Below, one piece after another: positions 51,571 through 63,097 of a DNA stretch of 64,000 bases. Numbering within the stretch: position 1 is the stretch's first letter; each line of letters starts with the position of its first letter. Made by a program: the position numbers and the translations under genes. Source of the DNA: an uncultured Spirochaetota bacterium (GTDB taxonomy: Bacteria; Spirochaetota; Brevinematia; Brevinematales; JAOACQ01); contig CAWAOD010000005.1 in NCBI GenBank assembly GCA_963783575.1, forward strand, positions 448,001 through 512,000. Reading direction: 5' to 3'. Below the pieces are notes generated by a model. That model saw nothing but the letters and a program-made list of their open reading frames with translations. It was not told where the DNA came from and searched no databases.

Positions 51571-52698
51571 TTATTCCGGGTCTTTCCGGTTGGGAAGGGT
51601 AAATGTTACTTTTGTACCTTTTCCGGCATTACTCTCTACAGATATCTTTCCATCATGTTTATCTATAAATTCTTTGCAGAGAATTAATCCAAGGCCTGTG
51701 CCCTTTTCCCCGGCAGTGCCAGCCTGCTGGCTTCTAACATCGATATGGAATAAGTTCGGCAGTATTTCTTCCGGGATACCTATACCGGTATCGGAGACAG
51801 AAATTTCAGCGCTATTATCCGTCAATTTACAATCAATCTCAACGGTTCCATTATTATCCGTAAATTTAATCGCATTTGACAAAAGATTCCTGACTATAGT
51901 ATTAAGCATATTTTCATCCGCAAATACCAATGATTCATTAAGTATATTATTTTTAATTGTAATTTTTTTCTGTTCGGCATTCGGTGCCAAAAGTTTGATA
52001 TTCCATGAAATAATATTATTGACATTGATATGCGCGGGTGAACAATCTATCATTCCACGCTGTATTCTTGACCAGGTTAAAAGGTTTTCAAGCAGGGCGA
52101 CAAGATTCCTGGCAGATTCATGAAATTGTTTTGTAAATATTTTTAGTTTTTCTGGTTCCATGTTTTCTATTTTATCGAGAATTTGCGAATAAGATAAAAA
52201 TACTACCATAGGATTCTTAAGATCATGGGCAAGTATGGAAAAAAACTTGTCTTTACTAGCGTTTAAAGCCTCAAGCTCTTCATTTTTCTTCTTAAGCTGA
52301 ATTTGAAGGTTTTTTATTGTTAAATGTGCATTAATTCTTGCAAGAACTTCTTCTATCTGAAAAGGTTTGGTTATATAATCCGATCCTCCGACCTCAAATC
52401 CCTTTAATTTATTAACTGTTTCAGACAATGCCGTCATAAATATAACCGGAATTTCTTTAAACTCATCTTTTTCCTTAATGCGGCAGCAAGTTTCAAATCC
52501 GTCAATTCCCGGCATCATAACGTCCATAAGTATTAAATCCGGTTTTTTATATGATATTTGCTCAATAGCGTCATAACCGTTTGTTGCGACAAAAGTTCTG
52601 TAATTTGATTTATCAAGGAAATCGATCAAAACATTTAAATTATCAATATCATCATCAATAATAAAAATATCAGCAATCCGGGACAACTCTGCATCCAT
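51571..52698 (-). CDS. Hybrid REC-histidine kinase
   Basis: Receiver domain; AHDLKNP, NLLSNAIKFT, GTGLGL. Confidence 0.92.
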   Translation of the reverse strand: MDAELSRIADIFIIDDDIDNLNVLIDFLDKSNYRTFVATNGYDAIEQISYKKPDLILMDVMMPGIDGFETCCRIKEKDEFKEIPVIFMTALSETVNKLKGFEVGGSDYITKPFQIEEVLARINAHLTIKNLQIQLKKKNEELEALNASKDKFFSILAHDLKNPMVVFLSYSQILDKIENMEPEKLKIFTKQFHESARNLVALLENLLTWSRIQRGMIDCSPAHINVNNIISWNIKLLAPNAEQKKITIKNNILNESLVFADENMLNTIVRNLLSNAIKFTDNNGTVEIDCKLTDNSAEISVSDTGIGIPEEILPNLFHIDVRSQQAGTAGEKGTGLGLILCKEFIDKHDGKISVESNAGKGTKVTFTLPNRKDPE

Positions 52699-52888
52699 AA
52701 TTTTCTCCTGAGCTTGCAGGACTTACAGCTCCAATGCAATTCCACTCAAATATTCTTTTATAAAAAAATTTGCCTAAGTTCATCATTATCAATATATTTA
52801 TAATTGACAAATTTTACTTATTCTTTATAAAATTGTCAAACAAAATAGATTTAATCAATATTGATGTTAAAGTAACTGGGAGGCGTAT

Positions 52889-53884
52889 ATGAGGTTGGGT
52901 TTAATAGGATTAGGCAGGATGGGCTTAAATATGTCAAAACGTTTAATTGAAGGTGGGCATGAAGTAGTAGTATATAACAGGTCTCCTGAAAAAATTGATG
53001 AAATCATAAAAGAGGGAGGGATAGGATCTGTCTCGCTTGAGGATTTCATTCGAAAACTTTATCCAGAAAGATTCGTCTGGCTCATGCTTCCTTCGGGTGA
53101 TGTGACCGATGAACATATAGAAAGATTAAAAGGATTGATGTCCAAAGGAGATGTGATTATAGAAGGCGGCAATACATATTATAAAGATGATATTAGAAGG
53201 GCGGGGGAATTACAGAAATCAGGCATACATTATCTCGATGCCGGTGTTTCCGGAGGAATATGGGGTTTGAAGAACGGCTATTGTACAATGATCGGCGGGG
53301 AAAGGAAGATTTTCGAGAAGCTGGAACCTGTATTCCAAACACTGGCTCCGGCTGAGGGATACCTTTATTGCGGTGCTACAGGGGCCGGGCATTTTGTCAA
53401 AATGCTACATAACGGTATAGAATATGCTCTTATGGAAGCTTACGGAGAGGGTTTTCAAATATTGAAAGCTTCAGGGTATGGTAATGGAGTGGAATTAAAA
53501 AATATTGCCCGTCTGTGGAACAGTGGGAGCGTTATCCGTTCATGGCTTCTTGAATTGCTTGAATCCGTTTTCTCCAGAGACCCTGATTTGAATAATATAA
53601 AGGGCTATGTTGAAGATTCCGGGGAGGCAAGGTGGACTGTTAAGGAAGCCTTAGAACTTGGGGTTGCAGCCGATTTAATTGCTTTGTCTCTTTTTAAAAG
53701 ATTTAATTCAAGACAAAAAGATGTTTTTGCAGATAAAATAACGGCTGCATTAAGGAATGAATTCGGAGGGCATGCTTTAGCAAAAAATGATGAAGATATA
53801 AGAATTTCAAGTACCGGCGCCGGAAGCTTTCATCATGCGATTGGTGAAGATAATAAAAATCCCGGGAGGGGCAATGGAATTTAA
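52889..53884 (+). CDS. gnd: 6-phosphogluconate dehydrogenase (short YqeC type)
   Basis: GLGRMG, DAGVSGGIWG, GAGHFVKMLHNGIEY, ALRNEFGGH. Confidence 0.93.
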   Translation: MRLGLIGLGRMGLNMSKRLIEGGHEVVVYNRSPEKIDEIIKEGGIGSVSLEDFIRKLYPERFVWLMLPSGDVTDEHIERLKGLMSKGDVIIEGGNTYYKDDIRRAGELQKSGIHYLDAGVSGGIWGLKNGYCTMIGGERKIFEKLEPVFQTLAPAEGYLYCGATGAGHFVKMLHNGIEYALMEAYGEGFQILKASGYGNGVELKNIARLWNSGSVIRSWLLELLESVFSRDPDLNNIKGYVEDSGEARWTVKEALELGVAADLIALSLFKRFNSRQKDVFADKITAALRNEFGGHALAKNDEDIRISSTGAGSFHHAIGEDNKNPGRGNGI

Positions 53885-55415
53885 AACTATTATTAAGACA
53901 AACGGTTACTGTGAACTGCCGAAAGCAGGGCCATGCGGGATTGTAATATTCGGGGCATCCGGTAATCTGGCGCAGAAAAAATTGCTGCCTTCTATATATA
54001 ATATTTTTTTGGCCGGAAGTGTCCCGGAAAATTTCTTTATTGCAGGAATCGCTCGTACTGATATGGATGATGCCTCCTTCCGTATGTTTGTCCATGATTC
54101 GGTTAAAGATGCCGATGAAAAGGCTGATGATGTCATTCTGGGAAAATTATGCTCCCGTTTATTTTATATAAAAGGCGGATATGATGATGATAACACATAT
54201 CTTATTTTAAAAAGTAAATTAGCGGAATTTGAGCGAAAATTTAATACGCTTGGCAATATTATTTTCAACCTGGCCATTCCGCCGGATCTTTATGCAGTGA
54301 TAACGGAAAAGCTAAGTATTAACGGAATTATAAATAAGGGGCAGGATCATAATCCATTTCATAGGATTATGGTGGAAAAACCCTTCGGCAGGGACATTGT
54401 AAGTGCGTCTGCATTAAATGAACATTTACTGAAATATTTGAGCGAGAGCCAGATTTACAGGATAGATCATTATCTCGGTAAGAATACGGTACAGAATATA
54501 CTTGTATTCCGGTTCGCCAATATGATTTTTGAGCCTGTCTGGAACAACAGTTCAATAGACAGCGTTCAAATTACGGTATCTGAAGACATCGGAATTGAAA
54601 ATAGGGCCGGTTACTTTGAAAAAGCCGGACTTGTGCGGGATATGCTTCAGAATCATATGATGCAGCTTCTGGCTATAGTGGCCATGGAACAGCCTGGTTC
54701 ATTTGATTCATCGGCTGTGATGGATGAGAAAGTTAAAGTTTTTAAAGCCATCAAACCTTTTGATAGGGATCATTTGAATGATTTGTTCATTATGGGGCAA
54801 TATACAGCGGGAGAAATCGGAGGAAAGAACGTCCCTTCTTACCGGGAAGAACCGGGTGTGAATAAAAACTCCTGTATTGAAACATATTTTGCTTCCAAAT
54901 TTTTTATCGACAATACCAGATGGAAAGGAGTACCGTTTTATTTAAAATCGGGCAAAAGACTTGACAGAAAGAAGACCTCTATTAATATAGTTTTTAAGCA
55001 GGCTGTCGATTGTCTTTTCTGTAAAATGGGTATTGAACATGAATCCAATATGCTAACATTTAATATACAGCCTGAACAGGGTGTTATTTTGAAATTTACG
55101 GCGAAAATTCCAGGCGCTAAATTGTGCCTTAGCCCGCTGGGTATGGAATTTAATTACAAGGATTTATTCGGCCAGGATATTGGGGGCGATTATGAGACCG
55201 TAATTCTCGACTGTATGCTTGGAGACCAGACGATATTCTGGAGAAAAGACGGAATTGAAGCCGCCTGGGATATACTGACACCGGTACTGGATCAATGGGA
55301 TAATTGTGAAATGGCTGAAAAAAAACAGCGGCTTCATTTTTATCCTGCAGGATCGAAAGGCCCCTCTGCTGCTGATGAATTTATAAAAAAGGACGGGAGG
55401 GAATGGATACTGTAG
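53874..55415 (+). CDS. zwf: Glucose-6-phosphate 1-dehydrogenase
   Basis: IFGASGNLA, EKPFG, YRIDHYLGK, RDMLQNH. Confidence 0.95.
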   Translation: MEFKTIIKTNGYCELPKAGPCGIVIFGASGNLAQKKLLPSIYNIFLAGSVPENFFIAGIARTDMDDASFRMFVHDSVKDADEKADDVILGKLCSRLFYIKGGYDDDNTYLILKSKLAEFERKFNTLGNIIFNLAIPPDLYAVITEKLSINGIINKGQDHNPFHRIMVEKPFGRDIVSASALNEHLLKYLSESQIYRIDHYLGKNTVQNILVFRFANMIFEPVWNNSSIDSVQITVSEDIGIENRAGYFEKAGLVRDMLQNHMMQLLAIVAMEQPGSFDSSAVMDEKVKVFKAIKPFDRDHLNDLFIMGQYTAGEIGGKNVPSYREEPGVNKNSCIETYFASKFFIDNTRWKGVPFYLKSGKRLDRKKTSINIVFKQAVDCLFCKMGIEHESNMLTFNIQPEQGVILKFTAKIPGAKLCLSPLGMEFNYKDLFGQDIGGDYETVILDCMLGDQTIFWRKDGIEAAWDILTPVLDQWDNCEMAEKKQRLHFYPAGSKGPSAADEFIKKDGREWIL

Positions 55416-56158
55416 AATCTAAAATCCTGGAATTTGTGGATCCTAATGAACTAGCTGAAAAAGCAGCCGAATATATTAATAATCTTGCCAATGAATATAT
55501 AAAGTTGAATAGCCGATTTACAATCGCTTTATCAGGCGGAAGTTCGCCCAAAAGAGTTTATGAAAGGCTTGGCGGAACGGTATTCGGGAATAGAATGCCC
55601 TGGGATAAAATATTCATTTTCTGGGGTGATGAAAGAATTGTAGATTATCGTAATAAAGACAGCAATTTTTATACGGCAGAAAGGACATTATTGTCAAAAA
55701 TAAATATTCCAAAAGAAAATGTCTTCCGTATTGAAGTTGAAGAAAGTCCACCTGAAAAAGCGGTCTCACAATATGAATATAAGATGAAAATAATATTTAA
55801 AAAATTTGGAGCGATTAATACCGTTAAACAAACGCCGGTTTTTGATCTTGCTCTTCTGGGAGTAGGTGAAGACGGGCATACGGCATCATTATTTCCGGGG
55901 TCGGACGCTTTAAATGAGAAAAATAAATGGGTTGCATATGTGAAAGGTATGGGTAATCCGCCAGTCATTGACAGAATTACATTGACCCTGCCGGTTTTTA
56001 ATTCTGCACAAAACATAATGTTTATTGTTTCGGGGAAAGGGAAGGGTGAAATTGTTAAGAATATTTTATCAGGAGCCGGAAAATACCCGGCATCTTTAAT
56101 AAAACCGGAAGGTCAAACAGTCTGGTTTATCGATAAAGATATTTATAATAACGGGTAA
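55403..56158 (+). CDS. pgl: 6-phosphogluconolactonase
   Basis: ALSGGSSP, FWGDER, GEDGHTASLFPG. Confidence 0.93.
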   Translation: MDTVESKILEFVDPNELAEKAAEYINNLANEYIKLNSRFTIALSGGSSPKRVYERLGGTVFGNRMPWDKIFIFWGDERIVDYRNKDSNFYTAERTLLSKINIPKENVFRIEVEESPPEKAVSQYEYKMKIIFKKFGAINTVKQTPVFDLALLGVGEDGHTASLFPGSDALNEKNKWVAYVKGMGNPPVIDRITLTLPVFNSAQNIMFIVSGKGKGEIVKNILSGAGKYPASLIKPEGQTVWFIDKDIYNNG

Positions 56159-56274
56159 TAGTAAAATTAGGTTTTTCACCACTTCATTATCATTTGCTTT
56201 TTTTGTTTGTATTTACTAAAATACTTTGTTTTTTTTGTTAAATTGATTAAAGAGCATAATAATAAAGGTTTTTT

Positions 56275-58007
56275 ATGGAAAATGAAAGTGAAATAATATC
56301 TTCATATTTATCTGCTCACGAACAGTTGATTCATGTCTTGGGATTGTCTATGTTCACAGGAAAACCAATGACGGGGGAGATATATATTTGACTCAATATG
56401 GCCTGCCGGTGGCTCATTTGCTTGATCTTGAAAACTGGTATGAAAAGGAATGGTTTGATTCTCATAAAGAAAAACTTGAGGGAACCAGTTCAGTTTATAA
56501 AGTGTCGACAAAGGAAATAAACTGCCTCAGTCTTGAGCTTGTTGTAAAAAATTGCCGGGTGGGTGAGGATGTTCCGCTTGAGACACAAACTTTGATTGAG
56601 AATATTAATGCCGAATTTAACAGCCCCTGGGAAGAGTTTGCTATGGTAATGGAGATGCGCGAAGGAAAACATGGTCCGGAAAATATAAAGATAAATACCC
56701 AGGATCCTCTCGCAATTTATGTTCCTCCGGAAAAGATGCAGGTATGGCAAAGCGGGCGGTCAATCGCAAAAATCAACAGGATAATAGCCAAACATCCAGG
56801 CATAGGAATTGATATCTTAAAGCAATATAAATTAATTTACGGATGGATTAAAGGGAAAAACATTGTTGAGACTTTTCAGGATATCGGTTTATATGATTCC
56901 GAATTGGATAAAAATCTTGCCCCGATTACAAAAAAGGTTATAATCGATCTTGATAAAAAAGGATATGTCGTGGCAGATATGAAACCGGCCCATATAATCA
57001 TAAGCGAAAAATTTACTGAAAAATCTCCGGGTTACGAAAACCAGCATTATCCTGAACCTTCTGAAAAACAAAAAAAATATATACTTGATTTGATAGATCA
57101 GGGAGAATATTCCATAGTAGATTATGAATTACTTGTCAGAACCGCAACTTATGATGAGGAAGTAAAATATTCGCGAAGGCATTCCTATCTTGATGATCAA
57201 AGGGATAGACTTATTCCCTCAAAACTTCCGGCGCATTTGAAGGCAATGGATATTTTCGGCGTTCCTTATATTTTCGGCAGGGCTGAAAGCACCGGAGGAA
57301 ATTTATGGGTTGTAGGCAGGAATCCAAGGCTATTTGATTATTTTCTGCCTGAGCGCTGGCGTAAAACTCATAGCTGGAAATTATCAGGATCAAATGAGGT
57401 TTATTACACGGTTACTAAAGATAACGTGCATATTGTCTGGAAATCATCAAGAGTTGGAGAAACTCCTCAAATAAAAACAGAAGATGAACTTTCATCAAAG
57501 ATAATGGAATATGGATTCAACAGCCCTTTTGAGGAATTTGCCATAGCGCAATTTCTGGATAAAAACGGTATTCCGGCAGTTTATGCAAGGGCTATATATA
57601 TGACAGGCAGTTTAAAACTGGAACAATCCTCCGACTTGAGAAGATTCGAATCGCACAAACATAAACTCTGCCCTGATGGAAAACCAATTTTAAGGAAGGA
57701 TCATAATTATATTAGTATCCGCGGTTATTACAACGGCTCCGATCAATGGGTAGCTCAACAAAATAGGCAGTTATGCAGGCCGGTTGACCTGTTAAAAGCA
57801 TTGCATATGGGAATAATACTTCAGCCTGATTTTGAAAAGATTTATAAAACCATAATTGTTAAATTAAAAAATATAGGATATGACGGAACTTTATTACAGG
57901 CAAACGATATAATTCTTGTAATGGACCCTGAAGAAAGTTTAATATTGGACAATGAAGGACTTCCTGAAGCCCGTATATGTAATTTCGAACTTATTCATAA
58001 GTATTAA
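56275..58007 (+). CDS. Hypothetical protein with two kinase-like repeats (frameshift ~56340)
   Basis: Internal repeat SRVGE...FNSP(W/F)EEFA; ADMKPAH and IVDYEL resemble kinase loops. Confidence 0.55.
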
Positions 58008-58217
58008 CAGTAATCCGCTGAAAAATCTTTATGCCATTCAAATTTTACTGAATAGAACGAATTTTCGTTTGTGAAATAAAATATCCTTACAGCAAGATGG
58101 GTTATTATAAATGCAGAATAGCGGGAGACCCAATCAGTAATAAAACTGCAAGGAATTATATAGCCGGCAGAGCCAGTCTAAAGTGGTTACTGGGTCAAGA
58201 AGCCTGCCCTGAGCCTG

Positions 58218-59908
58218 CAGACTGTGTGAAAACTCAGTAAATATGCTATAATTATTAGAACAAAAATAATCGGAGTAAAAGATGAAGCATATTGAGGGAG
58301 AATCAAGGGATCAGATAGTTCTGTTCAATGAAACACTGGAAGATCTGTTAGGAGAAGAAGATCCGGTAAGGTTTATAGATATTTTTGTTGATAAGCTAAA
58401 TATGAAAGGAGTTGGTTTTAAAGTAAAAGAAGCATCAACCGGCAGAAGTTCATATAAATCCGAAATACTTTTAAAAATCTATATTTACGGATATTTGAAT
58501 AAAATCAGGACAAGCAGGAAATTAGAGAGAGAGTGCCGAAGAAACACAGAGTTGATGTGGCTGACTGGACGACTAGCGCCGGATTTCAAGACGATTGCCG
58601 ACTTCAGGAAAGACAATAAGAAGGGAATACAGTCGATATTCAGAGAATTTTTGAAGATATGTCATAAAGCCGGGCTTTTATCATTTGACGTTGTTGGAAT
58701 TGATGGAACCAAGATCAGTGCGCAAAACCACAATAACAATGTTTATCATAGGAAAAACATAGAAGAAATCATACATAGAATAGATCAAAAGATCGAAGAA
58801 TATTTGAATGAGATGGATAAGAACGATAAGGAAGAAAAGAATGAATTTGAATTTCTTTCCGGAAAGATAGCGGAACGTTTAAAGAAAATGAAAACAAAAA
58901 AGGATAAAGTTGAGGCTATTAAAAAGATTTTTGAGGGAAATCCTGAAATGGAGAAATATTATTCAAATGACCCGGAAAGCCGGTTTATGAATGATAAAGG
59001 GAAATCCGACATTGCATATAATCTGCAGATGGCAGTAGATGATGCGAATAAACTGATTGTGGTGATTGATGTGACGAATGAAAACAATGATATCAAACAG
59101 ATGGCAGGAATGTGTGACCGAGTAGAAGAAATAAAGGACGAGCTTAAGGTAGAGACTGAAACGGTCAAAGTATCGGATGCCGGTTATTACAGCGAACCGC
59201 AGATACTGGAATGTATAGATAAGGGACATAACGTATATATGCCGAATCCGGATGACGGACATAAGGCAAGGATTCGAGGCAAAGAAGATAATAAAGGAGT
59301 ACCTGCTGAAGAATACCAGGTTGATAAATTCAAATATGATCCGGGACAAAATGTTTATTATTGTCCGGAGGGAAACCCATTAGTGAGAAATGGGAAAAAA
59401 GTAGAGAAGGTCAATGGAGGAAAAGAGATAGTCAGGTACAAGTGCGGCTTATGCAGCCAATGTGAAGTAAGAAATAAGTGTACTGAAAGCGTGGAAGGAC
59501 GAAGTATCAAAGTACCAGTTAGAAAAGAAGAAATTGAGAACTTCAAGAGGAAAATTCGTTCTGAAGCCGGGAAAAAGATCATAGAGAAAAGGAAAGAGAT
59601 ATGTGAACATCCATTTGGATCGATAAAAAGGAATATGGGTTACAGTTATTTTTTAATGAAGGGAAAGGATGGCGTTCTGACGGAATCCAGTTTGGCAGGA
59701 TTCATTCATAATTTAATAAAAGTATTGAATATATTGGGAATAAAGAGACTTATGACTCTGGTTTGATGCTAATAAACCATCGTTTATCGTATTCGGATAG
59801 ATTTTTTAAACTAAGATTTTTTTAGCTTGAAAAATATATCAAAAAATGGAGTTTTTGTATAATTAATCGATTTTACTATAAAATTTTACTGAGTTTTCAC
59901 ACAGTCTG
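58218..59908 (+). mobile_element. IS1182-family element (distinct from the array copies)
   Basis: 24-bp TIRs CAGACTGTGTGAAAACTCAGTAAA; 3-bp DR CTG. Confidence 0.92.
58282..59766 (+). CDS. IS1182 transposase (intact)
   Basis: PDFKTIADFR, IDGTK, SDAGY, EHPFGSIK. Confidence 0.92.
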   Translation: MKHIEGESRDQIVLFNETLEDLLGEEDPVRFIDIFVDKLNMKGVGFKVKEASTGRSSYKSEILLKIYIYGYLNKIRTSRKLERECRRNTELMWLTGRLAPDFKTIADFRKDNKKGIQSIFREFLKICHKAGLLSFDVVGIDGTKISAQNHNNNVYHRKNIEEIIHRIDQKIEEYLNEMDKNDKEEKNEFEFLSGKIAERLKKMKTKKDKVEAIKKIFEGNPEMEKYYSNDPESRFMNDKGKSDIAYNLQMAVDDANKLIVVIDVTNENNDIKQMAGMCDRVEEIKDELKVETETVKVSDAGYYSEPQILECIDKGHNVYMPNPDDGHKARIRGKEDNKGVPAEEYQVDKFKYDPGQNVYYCPEGNPLVRNGKKVEKVNGGKEIVRYKCGLCSQCEVRNKCTESVEGRSIKVPVRKEEIENFKRKIRSEAGKKIIEKRKEICEHPFGSIKRNMGYSYFLMKGKDGVLTESSLAGFIHNLIKVLNILGIKRLMTLV

Positions 59909-59919
59909 CTGTCGAAGGG

Positions 59920-60543
59920 TTAAAATCCCAATACTTCTCCTACAAGTATGAGGTTAAGATTCCTGTGCAGAAATGGTGATTCCCGCTCAAATATTAATAA
60001 TTTCCCTATCATTGTGCCTGATTGCGGCCCGTAAAGCTGTTTCATATGCCGGTCTTCAAGAGGAATAATATATTCTCGAACCCTTTTTATCCCATCTTCA
60101 AGCGATGAAGTTATTTTTTGAGTACCGGCTATCCAGATAATATTGCTGCTGGAAAATGCGTAAGCGGGCAGCTGGCTACCGGTAGCGCTGGCAAAAACTA
60201 TTTCACCTGTTTGGGCAATTGCATGAACGCTTCCGAGAAAATAATCCGCCATTGTGCTTTGTTTACGCAATATTACTTGACTGGCCGGATCCTTTTCGGT
60301 TAATAATTTATCTTTCAGGTTATTCCAGGAATGCTTGCCCGATATAAGTAAATCTTCAAAACCAATCTGCTGGAGTGTTATTGAAGCGCCGGTCATAACG
60401 CTTGCGCCGGCTGGAATCATATTGACAACCAGTTCAAGCGCTTTTTCTTTACTCTCAACAAATTGAGCTTTGATACCGCGTTCATTTACGGCTTCCAATA
60501 CTTTATTCACAATTTCCAATGATGGAAGGGAATAATAATTCAT
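59920..60543 (-). CDS. LUD-domain (lactate utilisation-like) protein
   Basis: ADYFLGSVHAI...ASATGSQ...AGTQKI; ends EVLGF. Confidence 0.8.
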   Translation of the reverse strand: MNYYSLPSLEIVNKVLEAVNERGIKAQFVESKEKALELVVNMIPAGASVMTGASITLQQIGFEDLLISGKHSWNNLKDKLLTEKDPASQVILRKQSTMADYFLGSVHAIAQTGEIVFASATGSQLPAYAFSSSNIIWIAGTQKITSSLEDGIKRVREYIIPLEDRHMKQLYGPQSGTMIGKLLIFERESPFLHRNLNLILVGEVLGF

Positions 60544-60771
60544 ATCCAGTCCTCCTAGAAAAATAAATTCTATTTGATAATAATAAATAAATGACTTGAA
60601 AGGCAAATTTCTTTTAAAGTTATATTTTACTAATTATAAAATGATTCTTTAATGCTTCAGTTTTATAATCAATCATGAAAAAATTTAATTTAGAAATTCA
60701 CTTTTCATATCAATATGTTTATATTATCACAAATAATTAATAGAATTGGGCCGGATTTTAAAGGCGGTTTT

Positions 60772-63081
60772 ATGGTACAAAGGAAGGAAATGAAATTTTC
60801 ATTCTTTATTTTATTTTTAATTCTGATTATTGTTCCTTATATTTTTGGTGCTGATACAGCCGTAACTAATTACAATACAGGAGCATGGGATGATAAAAGT
60901 GTTCGGATTTCTTTTACAAATCTTAGCTTCACGGAAAGCGAATTTAACCCCGGATATATGATCCGTTCCAATCCTGAAGGAAGCGGTTTTGAATCATATA
61001 CAAATCAGCATTTCCCTGATGAAAAAAGGTTTCATAAGAGGATGATAACTTTAAGAGGTGAATTCTTTCTTGATGAAAATCTTATAAATACCTCGCTTTC
61101 ATTTTTTATTGGACCTACTGAATACCCATTTGCTTTTTATTTAAATCAAAAACTTCTTTTCAGGCATGGTTCAACCGGAAAAAATTATCAGTCAAGTATT
61201 TTTGAAGCCACGGATTACCAGGTTCCGGAAGGGATTTTGAATTACGGAAATAATGTTAATGTAATCTGGATTGAGCTTTATCCGGCTTTTGAGACCGCGC
61301 CTTTTACTTTTCCTGTTCTTGCAGATGAAAGGTCAGCAGCAAAATGGACTTTTATCCGCAGCCTGTTTAACGTACATTTTATTCAATGTGCCGAGATTCT
61401 CGGGGTATTTATAGGCCTGTTTTTTTTGATAAGAAGCTTTTCCAGGAAATTTCACGATAAGGAGTACCTATATTTTTCACTTATGTGCTTATTTTTCAGC
61501 TTCAGCTATTTCAATATTTTTTTCAGCAATAACGCCGCAAATGAATTGCTGAACGAAAAGATCACACGGGTTTGTTTCCCTGCCGCCGCTATGTTTATCA
61601 CGATGTTCATCAGGGAATTTACCGGGCTGACACATAAAAAAAACTGGATTACTCTTCTTTTGATAGCTTCTACAGCTATAGTTTGTTTTTTTACAGCGCT
61701 GCAAACGGCAAAAGAGGCGATATACCAGGTTTTCAGCAAAATCACTTCAAATATAATTATTACACCTTTCCTGATTTACAGCATTATTCTTCTTGTTATT
61801 GCTTACATTAAAAATCGAAAGAATGAATATCTGGCGCTTTTCACTTCATTTGCCATTATTGTCGCGGCAAGCCTTCACGATCTTCATTATTTTAGCGAAG
61901 GAACAACGCCATACTGCTGGCTTGTTCCTTACGGTTATTTTATTCTCATAATCAGCATTTTTGCAATTCTTGCGATGGATGAATATGCTCTTTTCAAGGA
62001 ATCGGTTGACAGGACTGAGGAAATCAGGATTAAAAACGAATCGATGAAGCAGGTAATGGAGAAGATTGAGCTGGTTTCTCAAAATTTGATCAAATCCAGC
62101 GCAGGAATGGAAGACAATATTCATAAGGCTGTAACTGTGATAGGTGATACCAGCGGCAGTAATAAAAAAATACTGCAGGGTATGGTGAAAGAATTATCGA
62201 ATATTGAAAACCTTACAAAACAGATAGCCTTACAGATAGATATAGCCGGCGACAGGATCCCGAAAGCGATTCAAAGCCAGACTTCCATTGTTGAAAAAAC
62301 CAATCAGGCTGTTGAAAAACTGAATTTGCAGATTGAAAAAATGATGGATTCCACTATTAAAACAAATTCTACAGCGCAGGAATTATCCGATATGGCTTTT
62401 GAAAGCAAGGAAATTGTTTTGAAATCAAAGGAGTCTATGAGCAGAATTGCTGAATATTCAAATTTTTTGGTTGAAATACTGGGTAAAATCGAATCTATTG
62501 TGGAGGAAAGCAACGTTCTTTCAATAAATACCGCGATTGAATCGGCCCATGCCGGGGAAATCGGGAAAGGTTTTTCCATTGTCGCATTTGAAATCAGGGA
62601 ACAGGCTGTAAGGTCAAAAGAAAGTCTTGAAGAAAGCCAGATAAAACTGAGGCAAATGAGTTCTTTTATAGAACAGGGTTTGTTGCTGTCCGAAAAAGTA
62701 ACCGCGCTTCTGTTGTCGATTATTGAAAAGGCGGGCCAATCGGCAAAGATGGTCAGCGGCATTTCCGAAGGAATGAGCTGGCAGAAGTCCGAATCCAGAG
62801 CAATTTATGAGGGAGCGAAAAGGCTTCTAAAAGAAACGCTTTCTATTAAGGAATTATCGGAAAATGAACAGAATGAAAATGAAAAACTGAAAGTCTCATT
62901 AAACAGTTTAAAGATATCTTTTGAAGAAATTTCATCAAATATCCGTACTCAATCGGAAAGCGAAGAATTGGTTAATGAAGCAATGGATAAAATCCGTAAT
63001 GTTCTTCTGGAAAACCGGAAGAATAGTGCCATCCTTGAAGAAACACTGCTTCTTGCAAATAAAAGACAGGAACGAACTTAA
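60772..63081 (+). CDS. Methyl-accepting chemotaxis-like protein with 7TM sensor region
   Basis: Multiple TM segments; SNVLSINTAIESAHAGEIGKGFSIVAFEIR. Confidence 0.85.
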   Translation: MVQRKEMKFSFFILFLILIIVPYIFGADTAVTNYNTGAWDDKSVRISFTNLSFTESEFNPGYMIRSNPEGSGFESYTNQHFPDEKRFHKRMITLRGEFFLDENLINTSLSFFIGPTEYPFAFYLNQKLLFRHGSTGKNYQSSIFEATDYQVPEGILNYGNNVNVIWIELYPAFETAPFTFPVLADERSAAKWTFIRSLFNVHFIQCAEILGVFIGLFFLIRSFSRKFHDKEYLYFSLMCLFFSFSYFNIFFSNNAANELLNEKITRVCFPAAAMFITMFIREFTGLTHKKNWITLLLIASTAIVCFFTALQTAKEAIYQVFSKITSNIIITPFLIYSIILLVIAYIKNRKNEYLALFTSFAIIVAASLHDLHYFSEGTTPYCWLVPYGYFILIISIFAILAMDEYALFKESVDRTEEIRIKNESMKQVMEKIELVSQNLIKSSAGMEDNIHKAVTVIGDTSGSNKKILQGMVKELSNIENLTKQIALQIDIAGDRIPKAIQSQTSIVEKTNQAVEKLNLQIEKMMDSTIKTNSTAQELSDMAFESKEIVLKSKESMSRIAEYSNFLVEILGKIESIVEESNVLSINTAIESAHAGEIGKGFSIVAFEIREQAVRSKESLEESQIKLRQMSSFIEQGLLLSEKVTALLLSIIEKAGQSAKMVSGISEGMSWQKSESRAIYEGAKRLLKETLSIKELSENEQNENEKLKVSLNSLKISFEEISSNIRTQSESEELVNEAMDKIRNVLLENRKNSAILEETLLLANKRQERT

Positions 63082-63097
63082 ACTGGAGGATTATAAT

